This document shows, piece by piece, positions 54,108 through 64,000 of a stretch of DNA of 64,000 nt. The notes under the pieces were generated by a model. The model was not told the DNA's origin and did not search any database. It worked only from the letters and a program-made list of their open reading frames with translations. The stretch is from contig OX597823.1 in NCBI GenBank assembly GCA_951406725.2, forward strand, positions 110,546,001 to 110,610,000, in the 5' to 3' direction. Numbering within the stretch: position 1 is the stretch's first letter; each line of letters opens with the position of its first letter. The position numbers were made by a program, and so were the translations under genes. This stretch comes from Octopus vulgaris. Taxonomy: Eukaryota.

Positions 54108-54732
54108 GATAACAGAATAAAGGTTTATATATATATATAATATAAATAATATATATGCATATATTGATACATATATGTCCATACTTGCATTTACATGTAG
54201 ATGCATATGCCTATATGGGTACAAGATGTCATAGAACGTAAACAATATGAAATACAAAAACAACAGGAAATACGAAATATGAAAACATGGAATACAAACA
54301 ATTTTTACAAACAATGAAAGAAAAAAATGGAAAACAAGATAAAGAACGACCCTTTCTAAGTTGTCAGCTGTTTTCCTACTCCATATTTCAAGTAATTCAC
54401 AACAGGATACGTCTTCGACAAAACAGTTGCTACCGCAAAGCAAATTAAATGAAATTTGAGATTTTGCAGAGGGTCAAAGTTGGTGACAAAAACAGGACAT
54501 TGAAACAAACAGAAAGGGCTGCTAAGACTTAACGAGTTGAGGTGGTGAATGCTGGAGGAACAAGCTTTGACAAGAGACAGGCAAGAATGCATCTGATCTC
54601 TGCCACTGATTGGAAGGAAAGAAAGAAGCTCAAATTAGGAAAAAAAAGTTGGCCCATGGTTACATGCGAGCAACAAGAGAGCAATGGAGGAAGAGTGAGG
54701 GAGAAAGAGAGGGACAGACATGTATGTGTGTA

Positions 54733-54766
<34 letters not shown>

Positions 54767-54768
<2 letters not shown>

Positions 54769-55140
54769 GGAGTGGCTGTGTGGTAAGACACTGACTTCCC
54801 AACCTTATGGTTTCGGGTTCAGTCCCACTGCTTGGCACATTGGGCAAGTGTTTTCTACTAAAGACTCAGGCTGACCAAAGCCTTGTGAGAGGATTTGGTA
54901 GACAGAAACTGAAAGAAGCCCATTGAGTGTGTGTGTATGCTTCAGTGTCTGTGTTTGTCCCGCCATGATCGCTTGACAACTGATGCTGGTGTGTTTACTT
55001 CCCCGTAACTTAGCCGTCCCAAAAAAGCGACCAATAAAATGAGTACTAGGCTTACAAGGAATAAGTCCTGGGGTCGATTTCTTCGATCAAATGTGGTGCT
55101 GCAGCATGGCCACTTTCAAATGACTGAAACATATAAAAGA
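54767..55140 (+). mobile_element. SINE family A
   Basis: taggagtggctgtgtggtaag...aaatgactgaaac. Confidence 0.85.
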
Positions 55141-55181
55141 ATAAATGAATAAAAGAATATATGTATACACACAGATATATA

Positions 55182-55223
<42 letters not shown>

Positions 55224-55833
55224 CACACACATATATATATATGTATATATATATATGAATGTACACACATACACACACATACATACACATATATATGTAT
55301 ATAAACTGTCTCTTATACACAGAGGTATTATTAATCTCGCTGCAATGATTTTCAAGTGATACATAAGCAAAATACACAGATCTCCTAGTCTCAATATCAT
55401 TGAATGCAGTTAACATGTTAAATACGATTTCAGTTTGGGAAAATCTTATTTGCTTGGTTCCAAACCAATCATAGCACCAAATTCTATAAAGAATTTTACA
55501 TTTATCCATATTGTTTGCCAATAGATTCCACAATAAAACTACTGACTGATAAGTAATTTATATATTGAATTTCTATTGATACAAAATATATACATAAAGA
55601 GACAGCAAGAGAGAAATTTCATTTCAAGTAAAGCATTAGAGATTATTATGTTTTATAAATTTTATTTTTATCTCACAAGGGACTTCCTTCAACAAGTACC
55701 AGAATTTCAGTTTTCTCAACAATGTTTACATTCTTTGGCGAAATATATCAGGAAAAGATACATGCACATGTATTTGTACAAATGTATGTTTGTGTGAATA
55801 TGTATGTGCATGTGTGTGTGTGTGCGTGTGTGT

Positions 55834-55888
<55 letters not shown>

Positions 55889-55969
55889 GATAGGTAGAGA
55901 CAGAGGGAGGGGGAGAGAAAGATAAATAGATAGCTAAATGGATGCATAGATAGACAGTCAAATAGACAG

Positions 55970-56303
<334 letters not shown>

Positions 56304-56559
56304 TTCATTATTCGAATGTCTACTTTTCCATACTTGCATGGGTGAGACATTACTGTCTGGAAGCAGATCTTCTATAACCAGATTATCTTCCTGTTGTCAA
56401 TCCTTGCTTGCTTCTTCTCTGGAACATTTGGTCAATGGAGAAATTATACAATACTCTTGCCATCTGCTTAGAGAGGGGCTAACGATGACATATTGAATCG
56501 ACATTTTTGTCCACTTGCTTACACACAACACACTCAGACATATATGTAAGCATGTGCAT

Positions 56560-56596
<37 letters not shown>

Positions 56597-56621
56597 TACA
56601 TATATATAAATATGTGTTTGT

Positions 56622-57166
56622 GAAAGCATGTGGCTAAGTGGTTAGAGTATTCAGCTCATGATCATAAGGTCGAGTTCAATTCCTGGCAATGTGTTGTGTC
56701 CTTGAGCAAGACATTTTATTTCACATTGCTCCAGTCCACTCACCTGGCTTGAATAAAATGTACCTGTATTTCAAAGGGCATGGCACGTAAAAAGCACCAA
56801 CTGATCGTGGGTGCTGCCAGCCTCCCCTGGCACCTGTGCCGGTGGCACATAAAAAGCACCCACTACACTCATGGAGTGGTTGGCATTAGGAAGGGCATCC
56901 AGTTGTAGACACACTGCAAAATAAGACTGGAGCCTGGTGCAGCCTCCTAGCTTCCCAGACCTTGGTCGAACCGTCCAACCCATGCTAGTATGGGAAATGG
57001 ATGTTAAATGATGATGATGATGTGTCATGCTGAATCTCTCTGAGAACTAAGTTAATGATGCATATGTCTGTGGAATACTCAGCTACAGACATGTTAATTT
57101 CACGAGCAGGCTGTTTTGTTGATCGGATCAACTGGAACCCTCATCATCGTAACCAATGGAGTGCCA
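56622..57166 (+). mobile_element. Family C-headed SINE with a family D copy (56781-57022) nested inside
   Basis: C head ...tttcacattgctccagtccactca; D body ending in (GAT)n; 57023-57166 is assigned as the host tail by inference only. Confidence 0.7.
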
Positions 57167-58176
57167 GTTATATGTGTGTATACGTATGCATATATATATG
57201 TGTATATATATATATATGTGTGTATATGTGTGTGTTGGGGTGGGAGTGACATTTGCATTTAACAAAGTCATGAGAAATGGACAATGTTGTTACTTCTCCT
57301 ACTCTCAAATCCTCAGGTTGCTCTGTATCTATGACAATGTGTGAGATAAAAGATCCTTTACTTGCAAACAGGCAGCAGGCATGAGTTGACAGCAGGAAAG
57401 GCATCCAGCTATTAATGAATATCTCAACAATATATTCTTGTAACCCATGCTCAGAAGAAAAAAAAAAACAAATCTAAAATGAATGAATTAATGGAGAATA
57501 ACCTGTGGCTAGAGGTCATAATTCGGAGATTATGAAGGACTATCTCTTGGCTTACTTGCGATGATGTGGATCCAAAAGTTTTGATATGTTTTATGACTAG
57601 CCAAACACATATGAGTCATGTAGAGGAATGAACTTTTTGCACTATAAGATTATAGCAACAGTCATTAAGTGACCACTGCAATGGCTTGCACTTGCTTGGA
57701 CTCCCAGAGCAGGAAGAGAATTAGAAGATACAGGCTTCTAAACTGCCAGAAAAGTTTGCAGAAGAGAAACTTAGAAGGACAGTGACAAATCTCAATAAAA
57801 GAGCAGACTTCAGAGTGCCTGTGAATGTAGACTTCAGAGAAGTCTTTTCAAATGTATGACTGGAGTTGTATATCATGTGAGTGTAAGGTTATGGGACAAT
57901 AAACCTATTACTGAAAATGGGGCAGGAAATTTATTCCACTAATGGAATAAATGTCAACCCATTGATGGGTACTCAGTATCTTAATGCCTCAGGATATTTT
58001 GTCAGGAGTTTTACCAACTCTAGCATGCACTAATCTAATGTTGCAACTTTTATTTTATTTTCTCTGACCTTCTAGATTTTTTTATCTTTTTAATTACTCC
58101 TTTCTCATTTTAAAAGGAGATAAAACCTTAGATGACCTCATAATTAGAAGCTCCCTTCTATTTTCCATGCATAATC

Positions 58177-58397
58177 TATTTCTTTACTACCCACAAAGGG
58201 CTAAACACAGAGGGGACAAACAAGGACAGGCAAACGGATTAAGTCAATTACATCGACCCCAGTGCATAACTGGTACTTAATTTATCGACCCCAAAAGGAT
58301 GAAAGGTAAAGTCGACCTTGGCAGAATTTGAACTCAGAATGTAATGCCAGACGAAATACAGCTACACATTTCGCCCTGCATGCTAACATTTCTGCCA
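58177..58397 (-). mobile_element. SINE family E
   Basis: Colinear with 46518-46749. Confidence 0.87.
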
Positions 58398-59127
58398 AAA
58401 CACTCCCATATTCTACGCTGTATTTTCTTCATTCTCCAACAGCATACTCAAAGCCAAAACTTCAACTCCACCATCCTCATATACTACTTCAAATATACAA
58501 ACTAATCTTGAACTTGTGTGTAAAACCAGATGTTACTTCAGGGATCATTTTTGTGAGCAATTTCAGGATGTTTAAAATAACCCATAAGCAATCTCCAAAC
58601 CTGGAGATTGTAATTTGGTAGGTCATATCTTTAATCACTTCTCACAGCTTAACTTTCACTCATAAGTACAATTAGAAAAACTTAATCTTTACTCAAGACT
58701 TTTCTCTCTCACAAGTATTAATGAAAGCCTCACATTCTCCTGGTTCACCTCAACACTCGTCTCTAATTTTCTCCATCTTCACTGATTCAACAATAAATAG
58801 TATTTCTCTTTTGTCTTCCTAACTAATTACATACATATATATTTATTTCTTCTTTCCTTGTTTAGCTCCAGGTTAATCTTGATTGAGGCTAATCTTAAAT
58901 GTCCAATAACATTCCAGCCATGGAAGCCCCATATTTTGTATATCAGGGATTACACTATAGAATATGTTTTTATAGTTTTACCATGTCACAGTGCAACATG
59001 AAGCACATTTGGCTGATGGTTCTAGCATATCAAATAACCTTTTGAAGCCCTCTTATTTGTATCTACAGAATTATGCATGTCTATGTATATGTATGCAAAT
59101 ATTTATGTAAAGTCTTGTGCATATGTG

Positions 59128-59190
<63 letters not shown>

Positions 59191-60669
59191 ATGTGTGTGA
59201 GTGTGTGTATGTGTGTATAACAAGGATAAACACTCATAGGAATTCTAACAGTCACTTCAACTGTAATTAGGTACTATGTATCTGGCCTCAGTAAAAAATA
59301 TATGTAATCTATCCTCACAGAGATATCTTTGATAGAGCAGCACATCATTATGAGTCATTAGAGAAAAGTGGTGAACTATCAAGAATTTAGGGTACATGAA
59401 GGATCTCCCACTCAAACAGAATTAAGAAAAGATATATAAGCTGGTCCAATCTCGAAAGTCACCTAAATGTCTCTGAATGTAGCTAGGATCTTTCTATTTC
59501 TAATTAAACAACACTTCCTAAGCATATATATATATATATATATATAGGTAAACAGTAAAAATAATTACAGACATGCACAAGAACATGAAACGCCACAGAG
59601 ACGACACAAGAACCACAGGACGGGACATTCGAAGCCCTCAGTCATCAGTCAAGAACCAGATCATCTTAGCAATTTCGGCTGATTAATCTTGAGATTGCTC
59701 CGATATGGGCAGCCCGCCAAGGGAAATCTAAGCCAAGTGCATTAGATCCCCTGGAAGAAAGCTTCGAATGTATACAACACGAGGACGGAAAACGAACGAA
59801 GTACACGAACAAAAATACAGAATACGTGACAACAATAAGAATACAAAAACGTAAAAACAATAACGGTAAAATAAAGTATAAAAAATAAACAACAAAACAA
59901 AACCAGGACGTAGGACAAGGGTCTTTCGACAGGACGAATTGAGTATGGGGCTGGCTTATGAAGTTGTGCCTAATGGCCACAGGGAGACGAACAAGTACGT
60001 GTTGCTTCAGCGGCTGCTGGAACGAAAAGAGCGCTCAACAGCGGCTAGCGGTCACGTGAGAACAAAAGACAAGAGAAAGGGACAGATGAAAAGAGAGAGA
60101 AGGTGGACGAGGGAGGAGAAGAAAGAGACAGATCGAGGGGGCTGGAGGTGAGAGAGATAGAGAAACGTAGAAGGGGGGAAGACGGATGGAGAGGGAAAGA
60201 AAGGAGGGGGAATAAGGGACACACCATAAACATTTTAATGCACATAATGTAAAGGTGAATTACATTTGCCAAGAGAATAATACCCTCAGAGTCACATGCT
60301 ATAAAAAAAAACATATACAACCTTCCCTTCTTCCAAGTACCTACTTACAACTTCTGAAATTAATCTACCTACCAACTGAGAGGATTTTGCAACAATCAGG
60401 AGTAGTCAACAACTCTCAATCCAACTTTGTGACTGACAACCAGTGAGAATGAACTTACCTCCTCATCCAATGTGAACCAGCCTTATTTCACAGGTGTGAA
60501 AGTATTCTCATCATAATTAGCTATCTAAACAATCCATAGTATTTTTCTCATTCCTGTGAAACTATAAGTAATCGAATTCTGAGTCAAACTCAATGTAAAT
60601 AAATATAAATTCTACAAAGCATGTTGGCTGCTCTTTTGTTGATCACCTATTTTCAGTCTGCCTGTCTCT

Positions 60670-61735
60670 CTTTAAAAGAGGGAAAAAGAAAACTATTGAG
60701 GAAAATAAAATGCAAATTTAAGAGAATGAGTAAGAAAATGGAATTGAGAGAGCAAGAGTGAGAGAGGGAGAGAGAGAATAGAAAATAAAAATTGAGAAAG
60801 GAATAAGTGAAAGAGAAAGAGAAAGAAAGAGAGGCTTCTGATAAAAATGTGATAACAAGAAAAAAGAAGGGTGCAACTGAAAAGACATGTGAGAGAGAAA
60901 TAGAAAAAGAGAACAGAGATAAAAAGAGAGAGTGTGTAAGAATGAAAATTTGAGAAAGACTGGCAAAATAAGGAGAGAAAAATAAAGTTAATGGGGGAGT
61001 AATTGTGAAAGAGAAATGAGAATTAGATAGGAAGACAGAGAAAATTGAAAATAAAAATATATGAATGAAGGAGGAAAGAGAGGATGTTGAGAAAATATAA
61101 GAAAGAAAATACAGAAATGGTAAGAGAATGTGACGGAGGATCTTAAGAAGAGCAAGATGAAGAGAATGAAAGGTGGGTGATGGGAGATCTAAGAAACATA
61201 AGAGTATATAGAAAGAGAGAGAAAGAGAGGAAGGAGATAGAGTGTAGAAAGGAGGTAATGGAAAGGTATAAATGAGAGAAAAAGAGACAGAGATGGAGAG
61301 GTTGTAGAGAAAGAGCATATGAGAAAGAGTGTAAGAAAGAAATTGAAAGAGAAAGACAGTGAGATTATATGAAAGAGAGTATGAGAAAAACAGAGAAAAA
61401 GAGAGATTGAAAGAGAGCAGGGAAGGAGAAAGAGATGCTATAAAAGTGTGTGAAAGAGAGAGAGTGAGAGGGAGTGAGGAGAGAGTGTATAAAAGACTAA
61501 ATAAAATGATATAAAGGAGAGAGGGAAGAGAAAGAGGTAGAAACATTCTGAATGAATGATAGTCTATGAAAAGGTATGAGAGAGAAAGAGAGCAAGAGAT
61601 AGAGAGAGAGTGCAAACGTGAGAGAGATTATATAAAATAGTTAATGTAAAGGTGTATGAAAGGAAGTGAGGGAGAGAGAAAAGGAGAGAGAAAATGAAAT
61701 AGTGATAGAAAGATTGAGAGAAATAAATGAGGGAT
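60670..61735. repeat. Purine-rich (GA/GAA) low-complexity tract
   Basis: Strong strand asymmetry; explains the 320-aa S/L/F ORF on the minus strand. Confidence 0.9.
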
Positions 61736-62272
61736 GCATATATGTAGTATTTGGTTAAAATTAAGTGAGTCTCACAGGCAAAAATATGTGTCCAAAGTAG
61801 ACCAGTTTAGAAATTTGAGACTTCATTGTATGATTCGTTCGTTTCCCTGTAGATGATAAATATCGATATACAAATACAGCAATGTTATATTTGTATACTA
61901 CATACAGAACGGCACATAAGTATGTACGTATGGCTGGCTAGCTAGCTTTATCTCCCTGGAGAATTTCGAAAATAATCACTTCTGTATCCTCTAGCGTGTG
62001 CAATTGTATTGATAAACGGCTGAGAACAATATCGCGAGTTGATTGCTTAGCAAAGCGTATGATATTGTCTTAAATTTTCACTCACTAATGAAATCTGTGC
62101 AATCTTAGTGTGAAATAGAAAAATTTTCAATTTGTTTGGGCCGTTCATTGTAATGATGGGCCGAGGTTGGCGTAGACACAATCACTCAACAGAATTATAT
62201 TTGTGCTGTGTAAAAATTTTGCCTGAATCTTCAATCTTGTTGTTTTAGGTCAGATAAATAGTAGATAGATAC

Positions 62273-62310
<38 letters not shown>

Positions 62311-63125
62311 GGGGACAGGGAGAGAGGGAGGGAGGGGAAGTGGAGAGAGAGGATGAAATAGAGAGGAGAGAAAGGGAGAGAGGAGGAATAGAGAGACTAG
62401 AGAAAGAGAGGTTACATATGTATGTGGAGAGATATAGAGAGAGAAGAGGCGGAGGGGCCAAAAAGACTGAGTGGGAGTTGTAAAGGTAATTTGTAATAAC
62501 TCCTTTTCACTAATGTTACTGATTTAAGGTAGATTTGTCTTCAGATGTAACCTTAGTAATCATCCTCATCATAATCATTGTTGTCGTCATCATCATCATC
62601 CTCATCATCACCATTGTCATCGTCATCATCATTGTACTCATCGTCATCATCATTGTCCTCATCATCATCATCGTCATCATCATTGTCCTCATCATCATCA
62701 TCGTCATCATCATTGTCCTCATCATCATGAATCTATCATTATTCGACGCTGTTGTCCTTATTATAACCATTATTATTATCATCCATCCCAGTAGTCATCC
62801 AGTATCCTCATCATCATCGTCCTCCTCCTCCTCCTCATCATCATCATCCTCATCATCATCATCATCATCAGTAGCAGCAGCAGCACCATTATTGCTAAAA
62901 TCATTATCATTTCTATTTAAAGCCAGAAGAATCCATAGAACATTGAACAAAATGCCTCGTGGTTTCAGTTATGTTCTAGGTTCACATTCTGCCAAGGCTC
63001 AGTTTGACCTTCACCCTTCTCAGGACATCAAAAGGAAACACAAATCAAATTCAAGGTTTAATTTAATCAACTGATTCCTTCCCCCAATTTTGCCATCTTT
63101 TTCCCTACCTCAGAAATATTTGCTG

Positions 63126-63410
63126 TTATTATTATCCTAACTTCTCCTGAGTTATCTCTCTCATGTCTCAGCCCAATTCCCTGGCTTAGAGACACAGCAC
63201 TTTTCTCAACACAGGAGCTGTTCCAAGTCTCACTGCCAACTGAGTATTTCCTATGAAGTTTGGTATTTGCAGCTTTTTATGCCAGAATGTTGCTATCTTT
63301 GAAACGGCCCCAGGTGCACCAATCACAATAGGCATCATACTTACTTTTGAGGCTTTATGGATGCATTTCAGTTCCAATGCTAGGTCTTGGTACTTACCAG
63401 CTTTCTCATC
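63126..63410 (-). mobile_element. Old REL-endonuclease LINE 3' fragment
   Basis: KYQDLALELK...PIVIGAPG...LGTAPVLRKVLCL*, short UTR, then taataataa on the minus strand. Confidence 0.82.
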
Positions 63411-63427
63411 CTCTCTCTGTACATTAC

Positions 63428-63787
63428 ATTGAAAGAGAAAGACAGTTGAGATTATATGAAAGAGAGTTTGAGAAAAACAGAGAAAAAGAGAGATTGAAAG
63501 AGGGCAGGGAAGGAGAAAGAGATGCTATAAAAGTGTGTGAAAGAGAGAGAGAGAGAGCGAGGGAGAAAGAGAGGGAGTGAGGAGAGAGTGTATAAAAGAC
63601 TAAATAAAATGATATAAAGGAGAGAGGGGAGAGAAAGAAGTAAAAACAGTCTGAATGAATGATAGTATATAAAAAGGTATAAGAGAGAAAGAGAGCAAGA
63701 GATAGAGATAGAGAGTGCAAACGTGAGAGAGATTATATAAAATAGTTAATGCAAAGGTGTATGAAGGGAAGTGAGGGTGAGAGAGAA
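63428..63787. repeat. Direct copy of 61342-61680
   Basis: Shared non-periodic words (gatgctataaaagtgtgtg, taaaagactaaataaaatgat, gtgcaaacgtgagagagattatataaaatagttaatg). Confidence 0.92.
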
Positions 63788-64000
63788 GGAGGTATAGCTA
63801 CATCAATAAAGGTCCATTCTTTGGAGTTTTTATGTAGAAGAATGATATCTGGTTGGTTACATTGCAGCTTCTTATCTGAGTAGATAGGAATATCCTATGT
63901 GAGTTTCTCCTGGTCATCCTCTACTTCCAAATTTCATGCTCCTACCCCTAGTTGGAACATTCTGTCTCATACTTTATGTACAACTTCCAGTGTATTCACA

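Noticed and set aside
60653-61615. 320-aa hydrophobic ORF
   Set aside because: The complement of a purine tract is depleted of stop codons; S/L/F composition only.

Overview
AT-rich, microsatellite-dense eukaryotic non-coding DNA (intergenic or a very large intron). I could not identify any host protein-coding exon, and almost all ORFs in the supplied track are translations of simple repeats. The SINE content resembles octopus/cephalopod genomes (inference from sequence style; not verified by search). Content: at least five SINE families (working labels A-E; about 30 copies), a CR1-type LINE 3' end, four REL-endonuclease (R4/Dong-like) LINE fragments all sitting in (TAA)n (one with an uninterrupted 463-codon frame), decayed mariner and DD37D-like transposases, and mariner, piggyBac-like and hAT non-autonomous elements. 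The most interesting signal is a set of short AT-rich cassettes inserted in (TA)n. They share terminal motifs, carry type I hammerhead-ribozyme motifs of the minimal Penelope-like kind, and often end in near-perfect fold-back palindromes. One related element has a tRNA-like head plus a hammerhead remnant. All alignments were done by eye, so element boundaries are approximate to a few bases.
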